Source: Planctomycetaceae bacterium
GTDB taxonomy: Bacteria > Planctomycetota > Planctomycetia > Planctomycetales > Planctomycetaceae
DNA: 64,000 nucleotides
Direction: 5' to 3'
Assembly (NCBI GenBank): GCA_028284145.1
Contig: JANQSH010000050.1
Span: 24,112-88,111, forward strand
Shown here piece by piece: positions 55,355 through 64,000 of the stretch; the first letter of the stretch is position 1; each line of letters opens with the position of its first letter. The notes under the pieces were generated by a model that was not told the origin of the DNA, did not search any database, and saw nothing but the letters and a program-made list of their open reading frames with translations. The translations under genes and the position numbers were made by a program.

Positions 55355-55909
55355 TTATTCGATTGTAGATGTCTCGGCAAGAGGTGCAGATATTTCCAGC
55401 AGGTCCAAAGCGGGTTGCTGGTTGCAGAAAATCGTTGCCAGACGTCCATAGGTTACAAAGGGTTCCTGCTGGCCAAATGCTTCCATCAAGCCTGTTCCCG
55501 AGGTGATTCGCAGGATGGCACCCAGATCGATATGCCGCAGCACATTGTGATTGATCAGCACGCGCCCCAACGGAATATCCCCCTGCAGGATTTCGTCCCG
55601 TACACGTTTCGTAACGTATTCAAAATTGAACCGCACAATTCCGAATTGAACCACCTCGTCCGTTCCGTCTTTGACCAGAATGATCTTACGGCAGTAGACA
55701 TCGTTATTTTGATGGCGGTCCAGAATTCGCACTCCCACGGGTGACTTGTGATAAGACTCCATCGTCACTGTCATATGCTTTTCGTGCACCAGTAACGACT
55801 TGTATGGCTCGGGCGTCATGGCCGAGGCGACATGCTCGGTTTTGGCGAATAGATCGTCCCCGCCGGGAAACAGCGAAGCGAGCGATTTGAGTTCTTCGTG
55901 TGGATTCAC
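55355..55909 (-). CDS. Chorismate-lyase-fold (UbiC/DUF98-like) protein
   Basis: 184 aa with a GTG start at 55909. [15 protein letters not shown]...[20 protein letters not shown]...[11 protein letters not shown]...[12 protein letters not shown] fits the UbiC/DUF98 pattern (MTxxxE ... RxVxL ... PLGxxL). It lies 50 nt upstream of the FAD oxidoreductase on the same strand. Confidence 0.5.
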   Translation of the reverse strand: MNPHEELKSLASLFPGGDDLFAKTEHVASAMTPEPYKSLLVHEKHMTVTMESYHKSPVGVRILDRHQNNDVYCRKIILVKDGTDEVVQFGIVRFNFEYVTKRVRDEILQGDIPLGRVLINHNVLRHIDLGAILRITSGTGLMEAFGQQEPFVTYGRLATIFCNQQPALDLLEISAPLAETSTIE

Positions 55910-55960
55910 GATCTTGCCTGTCGGTCATGGATGCGTTGACAGTTCGCCACAAGTTGGCGT

Positions 55961-56042
55961 TAGAGCGTATTACGCTCTTCTGTGCTGCTATGGACGTTGT
56001 CTGGCCTGCAAATACAGGTTCCTACGAGCCAGAGACATCACA
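55961..56042 (+). repeat. Intergenic repeat family, copy e (hairpin-first orientation, best-preserved palindrome)
   Basis: AGAGCGTA-T-TACGCTCT is a perfect palindrome (55961-55977), then TCTGTGCTGCTATGGACGTTGTCTGGCCTGCAAATACAGGTTCCTACGAGCCAGAGACATCACAC. It lies between the HemN-like stop and the UbiC-like start. Confidence 0.88.
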
Positions 56043-56074
56043 CAAAAAGATAAACAACTGCTCTGGAAGACGAT

Positions 56075-57421
56075 TCAGGTGTAACGGACTTCGCGGTGCT
56101 GCTCTTCAAAATACTCCGGCAGCAGTGTGTCGACCTGCAGGAGTCCTTTTCGCTTCAGAACGATATTGTCACCGTCCACTTCGAGATAGCCGGCCTGTTG
56201 CTGGTTTGCAAACTGATCCGCGAATTCCTTGAGAATATCGACGCCATATTTTTCTCGAAACGGTTGAGCGGAGATTTTTCCCTCTTTCAGTTGCAACACC
56301 ACTTCGCGAATGAGCGCCTGATGCGGTGTAGGTGTATAGGCCCGGTTAATCGGCAGCCGGTTTTCGTCCAACGCCTGCATGTACTCTTCAATCCGGTCCA
56401 GATTCTGGTAATGCACGCCCTGCAGATGCCCGAACGAAGAGACGCCCAACGCGAGCAGGTCGCAACCGCGCCAGACATTGTCGCGGTAGACGAAGTGATC
56501 GGTATCTGGATGTCTCACCAGTTCGTTGCCACTGGAAATGTTGTAACCCGACATCAACAGTTTGTCGATCGCTTCGTTCACCCAGCGGCGTTTGGCAGGC
56601 CAGTCGGCGACGGGGGAATCGATTCCCTGTTCCTTCATCTCTTTGGAAATGATCGTGTTGTGTGGCAGTTCCATCTGGTAGATGGTGATATTGTCGGGGA
56701 TCATTTCGATCGCACGTTCGACGCATTCGGTCCAGTTCTCATCGGTTTCGCCGATCATCCCGGCAATGAGGTCGATATTGATCTGCGGAAAACCAACCTG
56801 TTGAATCCACTCATAAGCCCGCATAATCTCCGGCGACAAATGAGCCCGACCGTTTGCTTCGAGAATGGAGTCCTTGAAGTTCTCGACGCCGAGTGAAACG
56901 CGCGTGATGCCAATCTCTTTGAGTGTCTTGACTTTGTCCAGACTCAATGTGCCAGGCTCGCATTCAAACGTCACCTCTTCAGCACTGTCCCAGGAAATGT
57001 GTTCGTGCAACCTCTCGCGCAGGGAAAGCAATTGACGCGAACTGAGATACGAAGGAGTGCCGCCGCCGAAATAGACAAATCGCAAACCACGCCCCTGCAC
57101 GGCGGACTGTTCGCTGATAAGGGCGACTTCTTTAAGCAGTGCCTGGACGTAGTTTTCGATGTCTTTCGCGTTCTGATTCGTGTAGACGCGGAAGTAACAG
57201 AATTTGCAGCGCTTACGGCAGAAGGGAATGTGCAGATACATTCCCAGCGGAACATTGCGGTCTGGCTCTTTTTGGAACGCGTCAAGCGCCTCGGAAACGT
57301 AATCCCCTTTCCACAACGAGAAGGGGGGATAATTCGAGATGAAATAGCTGCCGACTTCCGTCGTGGCAGCCTCTTCTTCAAGGATTTCGGAATTCAACGC
57401 TTCGGTGTTCATTCGGTTCAC
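56075..57421 (-). CDS. Radical SAM enzyme, oxygen-independent coproporphyrinogen-III oxidase-like (HemN/HemW family)
   Basis: 448 aa. [15 protein letters not shown] is the CxxxCxxC 4Fe-4S motif, followed by GGGTPS and a HemN C-terminal-like domain. The start is the GTG at 57421 or the ATG at 57412. Confidence 0.85.
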   Translation of the reverse strand: MNRMNTEALNSEILEEEAATTEVGSYFISNYPPFSLWKGDYVSEALDAFQKEPDRNVPLGMYLHIPFCRKRCKFCYFRVYTNQNAKDIENYVQALLKEVALISEQSAVQGRGLRFVYFGGGTPSYLSSRQLLSLRERLHEHISWDSAEEVTFECEPGTLSLDKVKTLKEIGITRVSLGVENFKDSILEANGRAHLSPEIMRAYEWIQQVGFPQINIDLIAGMIGETDENWTECVERAIEMIPDNITIYQMELPHNTIISKEMKEQGIDSPVADWPAKRRWVNEAIDKLLMSGYNISSGNELVRHPDTDHFVYRDNVWRGCDLLALGVSSFGHLQGVHYQNLDRIEEYMQALDENRLPINRAYTPTPHQALIREVVLQLKEGKISAQPFREKYGVDILKEFADQFANQQQAGYLEVDGDNIVLKRKGLLQVDTLLPEYFEEQHREVRYT

Positions 57422-57446
57422 CTGCGGTAAATTTTCTCGTTTGCTT

Positions 57447-58679
57447 TTACTTTTTCCTGCCGAAGCAGAGAATCCACCCCTGATTGCTCTCTGTGCCGAC
57501 CACCAGACAATTCTCGCCCACGGCTGGCCCGGCGGTGATTTTCTGTTCGGCGTTGTGTTTCCACAGTTCGCGGCCGGTTTTCAGATTGACTTCGTATAAA
57601 TGCCGGTCGTTGGAGCCGAAAAACACCCGATCTCCCACCACAACCGGCGAACTGTTGATTTGTGCCTTCGTCGGAAAATGCCAGAGTTCCCTGCCAGTTT
57701 TGCGATCAAGGCATCGCAACTTTTTGTCGAAGCCACCGATGAGCACGTAATCTTGGGTGACGGCTGCCGAAGCCCGAATCTCCTGCTCCGAATCGTTATT
57801 CTTCCAGATGATTTTGGCGTTTTTCCAGTCAAAGGCATAAACGACACCACCATAAGTCCCGACGTAAAGAACATCCTCCATAACAGCGGGTGAAGCGATC
57901 AGCTGGGAGCCGAGGGAGGTCGAGCTTTTCGTTTTCCCTTCGTTCAAAGCGATAACATGCAGGTGCATGTCGCAACCGGCCACAAATGTATGCCCTTCGG
58001 CAATGGCAGGAGCGCAATTGATCATGTCCTCGGTCTGAACTTTCCAGATCAATTTTCCATCGGCTTCGTTCAGACAATAGAGGTGCCCATCGTGCGAACC
58101 AATGATCAATCGGTCTTCGATTCTGGCTGCACAACCCGCAATTTCCCCTTCTGTTGCATACGTCCACACCGGTTTTCCGGACTTGCGATCGATGGCATGC
58201 AACACACCATCTTCATCACCGACGAACACATGCTTCTCTGTCACGCGAGGGGAAGCTTTGAAAGCCGGGGCAAACGCATTCGGATCGGGATCATCGATCG
58301 AACGGTACTTCCAGGCCTCTTTTCCAGTTTTGCGATCCAGGCAAAGAAACATTCCGCCAATGGTTCCGACGTAAACGTGGTCATTGACAATCGCCGCTGT
58401 GCCGGAGACACCATATTCGGCCGGAACTTTCCAGAGGAGTTCGAGCTTTTTGGGCAGATCAGATCCTGACACGCCCTGCAACAGATTGCCATTTCGAAAC
58501 GAGTTCCACGATGTCCGGACTTTCAGCCGTTCATTCCCCTTGCCTGTCAGTTCCGTGGGAACAGGTTCGGCGGAACTGATGGCATGGACGCACCATCCCA
58601 TCACGAATCCGGCGACCAGCAGGCTGCGAATTCGATTCAGTGTCTGGCTTACGAACAACTGACGTTGGACATCGCGCAT
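57447..58679 (-). CDS. Exported PQQ-like beta-propeller repeat protein (BamB-like fold)
   Basis: The internal ATG at 58679 gives [39 protein letters not shown] (signal/anchor). Eight blade motifs follow ([56 protein letters not shown]). It overlaps the upstream ADH stop by 31 nt if this start is used. Confidence 0.78.
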   Translation of the reverse strand: MRDVQRQLFVSQTLNRIRSLLVAGFVMGWCVHAISSAEPVPTELTGKGNERLKVRTSWNSFRNGNLLQGVSGSDLPKKLELLWKVPAEYGVSGTAAIVNDHVYVGTIGGMFLCLDRKTGKEAWKYRSIDDPDPNAFAPAFKASPRVTEKHVFVGDEDGVLHAIDRKSGKPVWTYATEGEIAGCAARIEDRLIIGSHDGHLYCLNEADGKLIWKVQTEDMINCAPAIAEGHTFVAGCDMHLHVIALNEGKTKSSTSLGSQLIASPAVMEDVLYVGTYGGVVYAFDWKNAKIIWKNNDSEQEIRASAAVTQDYVLIGGFDKKLRCLDRKTGRELWHFPTKAQINSSPVVVGDRVFFGSNDRHLYEVNLKTGRELWKHNAEQKITAGPAVGENCLVVGTESNQGWILCFGRKK

Positions 58680-59827
58680 TCGTACAACTCCTGAAAGTCG
58701 GTCTGTTCCAGAGAACGAGGATTGAAGGTACCGGTCCACTGTTTCGTCGCATCCGCCGCGAACGTTGCAATCTGCTCCGCCGGAATTTCGCATTCCTGTA
58801 ATGTGGTCGGGGAATTTGCGCAACGCACCAGCTTCGTTACGAAGTCGGCCAGCAATTGTGGGGCTGCCGGATCCGTCGCATCGCACAAACCAGCATCGGA
58901 TGCAACGTCGCCATAGAGCCGACCGACCGACGAACCATTGAAGCGAATCACATGTGGCAACATCACACCGATCGCCACACCATGCGTCAAGTCGTGGTGG
59001 GCCGTTAAAGGATTGGCCAACGCATGGGTTGCACCGAGCATCGAATTTTCGATCGCCATTCCCGCGTAGTGAGCTCCAAGCAACATGGCTCCGCGTGCAT
59101 CGAGATTGGCCGGGTCCTCAAAGACAATGGGAAATGCGTGCGACAAAAGTTGCCAGGCCTGTCGGCTGAACAATTGCGAGATCGAATTGCGCGGTTTGGT
59201 GACGTAGGTTTCAATCGCGTGGCTGATGGCATCGATGCCGGTTGCCGCGGCGACGGTTGATGGCATACTGGTGGTCAACTCCGGATCCAGCACGGCCACC
59301 TTGCAGGCCGCCTTTTTGTCGCCACAGGCCATTTTGACGTGCGTTTTTGCATCGGAAATGAGAGCGAACGATTGTGCTTCGCTCCCGGTCCCGGCTGTTG
59401 TCGGGACGGCAATCATCGGCAGCATTGGTTTGGTTGCTTTGCCAACGCCCCAATAATCCTGCATTTTGCCGCCGTTGGTCAGCAGGAAGTTGACGCCCTT
59501 CGCGCAATCCATACTGCTGCCGCCACCCAGTCCAACGATCAAATCGACTTTTGCTTTCCGCGCGACTTCGAGTGCTGTATCAACATCTTCTGTTGTCGGA
59601 TTGCAATGAACTTCGCTGTAGACGGTGACATTCAGCCCGGCGTCATCGAGGACATCCACGGCATGTTGGGCATGACCAGCTTCCGCCAGCCCTTTATCGG
59701 TCACAAGAAAAACTTTTTTGCCATCCAGTTCCTGTACCAGTTCCCCAAGCCGATTGATGACGCCCGTACCATAAACCACACGGGTTTGCGGGTGAAAATC
59801 AAATGGAGTCAGAGAAAAATGATTCAC
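58649..59827 (-). CDS. Iron-containing (group III) alcohol dehydrogenase
   Basis: 392 aa with a GTG start at 59827 preceded by [17 protein letters not shown]...[18 protein letters not shown]...[11 protein letters not shown]...H..TH histidines are typical of Fe-ADH. Confidence 0.88.
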   Translation of the reverse strand: MNHFSLTPFDFHPQTRVVYGTGVINRLGELVQELDGKKVFLVTDKGLAEAGHAQHAVDVLDDAGLNVTVYSEVHCNPTTEDVDTALEVARKAKVDLIVGLGGGSSMDCAKGVNFLLTNGGKMQDYWGVGKATKPMLPMIAVPTTAGTGSEAQSFALISDAKTHVKMACGDKKAACKVAVLDPELTTSMPSTVAAATGIDAISHAIETYVTKPRNSISQLFSRQAWQLLSHAFPIVFEDPANLDARGAMLLGAHYAGMAIENSMLGATHALANPLTAHHDLTHGVAIGVMLPHVIRFNGSSVGRLYGDVASDAGLCDATDPAAPQLLADFVTKLVRCANSPTTLQECEIPAEQIATFAADATKQWTGTFNPRSLEQTDFQELYECAMSNVSCS

Positions 59828-60455
59828 GGAGTCCTCTCTGGCGGGTGGAGGGCAGGGTTAGTTTGTGTGAGGGCCAATCCACCGAAATGGATCGTCACTG
59901 CAGAACGATTGTGGTGGGATCTGGTCCCGGCGGGACATTTCTCAACTTCTCAATAGTACGGAATTACCCCGGCGTTGACAATTTCGTTGCTGTTACCATC
60001 AACGAAATCTCAAGGAATATAACATGTTACGACTATACGGATTTCTCTGAAAGCTGGCGTCCGTTCGAAAGATTTGCGCGCAAATCGACCAGTTTCTCCG
60101 AAACATGTTCAATCAGGTAAAGTTTGCGGGTTGTACCGGTCGATCGGATAATGCAGAGGCACCTGCGTTTTCGCTGGATTGAGAAAGATATGGGGCGTCG
60201 CCTCAGTCTCATATTGACCTGAATCCAAGGATTTACAAAATACGCAGGCTTCCTCCAGATGACCGGCGGACAACCGCTGGCCATTCCCTGAACCGTTACC
60301 GCTCAAGGATGAGCACAACTCAACTGTCTGAACTGGCAACCATTTGAAACAAATGTTGTTCAGACTTGAGATTACGAAACAGACCGGAGCATCAACTTCT
60401 CAGCCGGCGGACGTGCTGTGGAGTTTGTGTTACCAAGCAAAGGAGTGCACGAACA

Positions 60456-61067
60456 GTGTCCAGGATCATCGTCACCACAGCTGTCACCGCGATCATTGTC
60501 TCGACCGTTGGCCTGGTCTCCACGGCAAAAGCCCAACAGGCTGCTGCGCCGCACAAGGTCGCCCTCATCGACATGTCGCATGTCTTCAAGAACTACAAAA
60601 AGTTCGATGCCATGCGAGAAGGTCTCAAGGCTCAGATTGGTCAAAGCGACAAGCAGGCCAAAGCCATGGCCGAGAACATCAAAGCCATCCAGAAGGAATT
60701 GCAGAGTGGAACCTTCAAGCAAGGCAGCCCGCAGTACAACACTCGCGAAAAGGAACTCATTCGCCTCACCGCCGAATTTGAAGCGTTCCGCAAGAACACG
60801 CAACGCGAACTGATGCGGAAAGAGTCGCAGATCTACAAGCAGATTTACATCGAAGTGACCGGCACGGTCAAAAAGTACGCCGAGCATTACAACTACACGC
60901 TCGTCATTCGCTTCAATCGCGATCAGATTGGTGGTGAAGATGGCGAAAATCCGCAACAGATCATTTCTGGTATGAATCGCCAGGTGGTTTACTTCCGAGG
61001 TGAAAACGACATCACCGATCCGATTGTCAACTACTTGAACAGCCAATACGCCAAAGCCAATCCGTAA
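60456..61067 (+). CDS. OmpH/Skp-family periplasmic chaperone
   Basis: The GTG at 60456 is preceded by AAGGAG (60440-60445). The signal is VSRIIVTTAVTAIIVSTVGLVSTAKAQQ. VALIDMSHVFKNYKKFDAMREGLKAQIGQSDKQAKAMAENIKAIQKEL... is the coiled OmpH pattern. It lies upstream of the lpx genes. Confidence 0.8.
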   Translation: MSRIIVTTAVTAIIVSTVGLVSTAKAQQAAAPHKVALIDMSHVFKNYKKFDAMREGLKAQIGQSDKQAKAMAENIKAIQKELQSGTFKQGSPQYNTREKELIRLTAEFEAFRKNTQRELMRKESQIYKQIYIEVTGTVKKYAEHYNYTLVIRFNRDQIGGEDGENPQQIISGMNRQVVYFRGENDITDPIVNYLNSQYAKANP

Positions 61068-61252
61068 GGGTTGAGACATTTTTCTCGAATGGGCGATTGG
61101 CCCAGTCAGGAAAGTGGAAACAACATGCCCGGCTGTGGTGTTCCAGCGCGGATGCCACCGCCGGGTCATGTTTTCTTCCGAACAAGGCGGACATTGCTAT
61201 CTGGTGATCATATCCATTGAAGGCGGCAACCCGAGTGAATGAGTCGAACGTA

Positions 61253-62203
61253 ATGCACCTTCGGCAACAGCAGACCATTCGACGTCCCCAGTCGGTGACC
61301 GGCATCGGTTTCCTGACTGGAGCTGACGTGACTGTTCGGTTTCTTCCCGCTCCGCCCAATCATGGCATCGTATTCCAGCGGGTAGATTTGCCAGAAACGC
61401 CACAAGTACTGGCCCATATCTCCAATTGCCCAGACCGCAAAAGACGGACAGCACTGCAAAAAGGCGAAGCGGTTATTGAGTTGACCGAGCATGTTCTCGC
61501 GGCGCTGGCGGGATTACAGGTCGACAATTGCCTGGTGCAACTCAATGCACCGGAACTCCCCGGTGGCGATGGCTCTTCGCTGCTGTTTGCCGACGCCATC
61601 ATGCAAGCCGAGATCATCGCACAAGATGCACCACGGCCTTGTGTCCCGGTGAGCGAACCTTTGCAGGCGCACCTCGATGGCCTCTCTGGTCTGATCTCCG
61701 TGGAACCCAATCGATCTGGAGTTCTGGAGATCTCTTACGATTTGAATTATGGCCCGGAATCGCCTGTTCCGGTTGAACAGCAGGCATTCACCATCACGCC
61801 TGAATCCTTCCTGAACGAACTCGCCTTTGCCCGGACGTTCATTCAGGAAACCGAAATCGACGTGTTACGAGCACAGGGTTACGGCACACGCACAACGGCT
61901 GCGGACCTGATTGTCTTTCGGGCTGATGGCAGTGTGATGGACAACAAACTCCGCATTGAAGACGAATGTGTTCGGCACAAAATTCTGGATTGCATTGGCG
62001 ACTTCGCGTTGATCGGCTGCGACCTGATCGGCACATTTCACGCGACGCAATCCGGTCACGAACTCAATCGAGAAATCATCCGGCAGGTTGCCCGATCCGA
62101 GAAGCAGCAATTGCAGAAACAGATACCCTGCACAACAGCGGAAAGCGACTCGACGACCCACTCCGAATCGACTCCTTCCTCCGACATGGGCGAAGCTGCC
62201 TGA
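61253..62203 (+). CDS. lpxC: UDP-3-O-acyl-N-acetylglucosamine deacetylase
   Basis: First ATG at 61253 (MHLRQQQTIRRPQSVTGIGFLTGADVTVRFLPAPPNHGIVFQRVD). It also has TEHVLAALAGLQVDN, GDGSS and HKILDCIGDFALIG...HATQSGHELN, the canonical LpxC zinc and active-site blocks. Confidence 0.9.
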   Translation: MHLRQQQTIRRPQSVTGIGFLTGADVTVRFLPAPPNHGIVFQRVDLPETPQVLAHISNCPDRKRRTALQKGEAVIELTEHVLAALAGLQVDNCLVQLNAPELPGGDGSSLLFADAIMQAEIIAQDAPRPCVPVSEPLQAHLDGLSGLISVEPNRSGVLEISYDLNYGPESPVPVEQQAFTITPESFLNELAFARTFIQETEIDVLRAQGYGTRTTAADLIVFRADGSVMDNKLRIEDECVRHKILDCIGDFALIGCDLIGTFHATQSGHELNREIIRQVARSEKQQLQKQIPCTTAESDSTTHSESTPSSDMGEAA

Positions 62204-62231
62204 CGTCGGTGGAACTTATTGAAAGCTCACC

Positions 62232-63101
62232 ATGTCCACATTGATTTCACCGCTGGCCTTTGTTGACCCTCAGGCGGAAATCGGCACAAATGTCACCATT
62301 GGGCCGTTCTGCATGATCGGGCCGCATGTTGCGATTGGCGATGATTGTGTCCTCGACAGTCATGTGGTGATGACGGGGAATGTCACGACTGGTAAAGGGA
62401 ACCGATTTTTTCCGCAAACAGCAATTGGTGGTGAACCGCAGGATGTTGCAGTGGGGGATCTTCCGACACACGTCGAAATTGGTGACCACAATCTCTTTCG
62501 TGAAGGTGTGACGATCAATCGTGGTGCGCAGAAAGAAGATGGCGTCACCCGGATCGAAAACCACAACATGTTCATGGCCAACAGCCATGTCGCGCACAAC
62601 TGCCACATCTACAACCACGTCATTCTCGTCAATGGTGTTTTGCTGGGTGGGCATGTGCATGTGCACGACTGGGCTACGGTTTCGGGCAATTCGGTCGTCC
62701 ATCATTTTTCCACATTGGGGACACTCAGTTTCGTTTCTGGTGGCTGTCGCGTGCCTCACGATGTGCCCCCCTACATGCTCTCCGCCGGCAGTGACAACCC
62801 GGTTGTGAAAACAATCAATATCATCGGCATGCGTCGCCGCGGAATTGAAGAGAGCAGTATCAAACTGATCAAGCTGGCCCATCGCCTGCTGTACCGCGAA
62901 CACAAAATGCTCGAAGAGACCTGCACGATTCTCGAACAGAAATGTGGCGGCGTGCTTCCCGCCGAAGTCGAGCATCTTTTGGATTTCGTTCAACGGCAAA
63001 AGCTTGGAAAGTTCGGCCGCGCTCGAGAATCCGTTCGTAATCAACCGACTACAGATCAACAATCGACAACCAAAGACAGCAGCACACGGAGAGCAGCATG
63101 A
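62232..63101 (+). CDS. lpxA: Acyl-ACP--UDP-N-acetylglucosamine O-acyltransferase
   Basis: 289 aa. Hexapeptide (LbH) repeats ISPLAFVDPQAEIGTNVTIGPFCMIGPHVAIGDDCVLDSHVVM... are followed by NxxMANSHVAHNCxIxNxVIL and a helical C-terminal domain, canonical for LpxA. Confidence 0.9.
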   Translation: MSTLISPLAFVDPQAEIGTNVTIGPFCMIGPHVAIGDDCVLDSHVVMTGNVTTGKGNRFFPQTAIGGEPQDVAVGDLPTHVEIGDHNLFREGVTINRGAQKEDGVTRIENHNMFMANSHVAHNCHIYNHVILVNGVLLGGHVHVHDWATVSGNSVVHHFSTLGTLSFVSGGCRVPHDVPPYMLSAGSDNPVVKTINIIGMRRRGIEESSIKLIKLAHRLLYREHKMLEETCTILEQKCGGVLPAEVEHLLDFVQRQKLGKFGRARESVRNQPTTDQQSTTKDSSTRRAA

Positions 63102-64000
63102 GCCGGTTGAAAATGGCCGTCGTTGGCGTGGGAGCGTTGGGCAAACATCATGCCCGCATCCTCGCCGGTCTGAACCGCGTCGAACTTGTGGCCGTTTCGG
63201 ACGTGAACGAAGACCTCGGTCGACAGATTGCCGATCAACATGACACAGAATTTGCGGCGGACTACAAAACGCTGGCTGACAAAATCGATGCGGTTTCGGT
63301 CGTTGTTCCCACGACTTATCACCTCGATGTTGCATCTCATTTTCTGAAGCAGGGAACGCCGGTGCTGGTCGAGAAGCCGTTGGCCATCAACATCGAACAG
63401 GCAGATAAACTGCTGTCGCTGGCCAACAAACACGATGCCATTCTGCAGGTGGGACATATCGAACGCTTCAACCCGGCCATGCAGGTCGCTCGTCCGCTTT
63501 GTGGCAATCCGAAATACATTAAGGCCGAACGAACCAGTCCCTTTCCCTTCCGGTCGATGGATGTTGGCGTTGTCCACGATGTGATGATTCATGATCTCGA
63601 TCTGATTCTCAATCTGGTCCAGTCACCAGTCCGCAATGTCCAGGCTTTTGGTATCTCACTGTTGGGCGACCATGAGGACATCGTGCAGGCGCATCTGGAA
63701 TTTGAGAATGGATGCATCGTCGATGTGACAGCCAATCGTGTCTGTCCCACCATGACGCGCAATATGCAGGTCTGGTCATCCAGCGGCCAGGTGAATATCG
63801 ACTTCGCAGACCGGACGGTGAGCCAGCTGTCCCCCAGTGAAACGATGTTGTATGGTACGCCCATTATCGAACGGGCGAAAAAGCCGGATGCTGATATCGA
63901 CAAGATGAAACAGGAGATGTTCGGCACTTACTTCAAGGTGAACGAACCGGGCATTGGTGATGTCGACGCCCTGACCGATGAACTCAACAGTTTCATCGAC
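63098..64000 (+). CDS. Gfo/Idh/MocA-family NAD-dependent oxidoreductase (GnnA-like), 3' end beyond window
   Basis: Manual translation from the ATG at 63098, which overlaps the lpxA stop as ATGA, gives MSRLKMAVVGVGALGKHHARILAGLNRVELVAVSDVNEDLGRQIADQH...GTPVLVEKPLAINIEQADKLL...LQVGHIERFNPA. This shows a Rossmann GxGxxG plus the EKP motif. The frame is open to position 64000. Confidence 0.85.
   Translation, partial: MSRLKMAVVGVGALGKHHARILAGLNRVELVAVSDVNEDLGRQIADQHDTEFAADYKTLADKIDAVSVVVPTTYHLDVASHFLKQGTPVLVEKPLAINIEQADKLLSLANKHDAILQVGHIERFNPAMQVARPLCGNPKYIKAERTSPFPFRSMDVGVVHDVMIHDLDLILNLVQSPVRNVQAFGISLLGDHEDIVQAHLEFENGCIVDVTANRVCPTMTRNMQVWSSSGQVNIDFADRTVSQLSPSETMLYGTPIIERAKKPDADIDKMKQEMFGTYFKVNEPGIGDVDALTDELNSFID

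Noticed and set aside
58649-58679. 31-nt overlap between the Fe-ADH 3' end and the PQQ-protein start, considered as a possible frameshift or fusion
   Set aside because: The two ORFs are in different frames and each has a complete domain set. The overlap depends only on which PQQ start codon is used. There is no slippery sequence.

Overview
This 64-kb chromosomal segment has gene content that suggests a Planctomycetota-type genome. That assignment is an inference from several features: multiple PQQ beta-propeller/LamG-like exported proteins, a giant secretin, a sigma factor with a long HTH-rich N-terminus, and an RpoC N-terminus ...NTYDRINDY.... It cannot be confirmed without a database search.

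Gene layout:
- 1-17.5 kb, all on the minus strand, is the conserved translation/transcription cluster: promoter, tRNA-Thr(TGT), tRNA-Tyr, tRNA-Gly, tRNA-Thr(GGT), tuf, rpmG, tRNA-Trp, secE, nusG, rplK, rplA, rplJ, rplL, rpoB, rpoC, rpsL, rpsG, fusA (partial). Two spacers in it are unusually long (secE-nusG and rplL-rpoB).
- 17.7-19.4 kb: a sigma-70 family factor.
- 19.8-22.7 kb: a convergent restriction-modification pair, made of a single-HKD PLD nuclease fused to a B3-like DNA-binding domain plus a gamma-class N6-adenine methyltransferase. It is attached directly to a DUF3311-sodium:solute symporter operon.
- 25.3-29.7 kb: an accessory stretch with an inverse-autotransporter-like protein carrying a beta-helix passenger, an IS5-family transposase remnant, an RHH protein, an XRE regulator and a small lipoprotein.
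- 29.8-44.2 kb: two tandem PQQ-propeller proteins, two SurA/parvulin-like PPIases, nadE, a divergent RNase HII-like protein and mfd.
- 44.8-51.2 kb: a 2,126-aa secretin with 13 tandem helical repeats and a poly-Gly insertion inside the secretin domain.
- 51.3-59.8 kb: a GH57 glycoside hydrolase, an FAD oxidoreductase, a chorismate-lyase-like protein, a HemN-like radical SAM enzyme, a third PQQ protein and an Fe-ADH.
- 60.4-64.0 kb: skp-lpxC-lpxA followed by a Gfo/Idh/MocA (GnnA-like) gene, partial at the right edge.

The most notable signal not explained by genes is an intergenic repeat of about 85 nt that begins with a perfect palindrome. It occurs five times in the window, and two inverted copies bracket one PPIase gene. 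No CRISPR array, rRNA or intact mobile element was seen.
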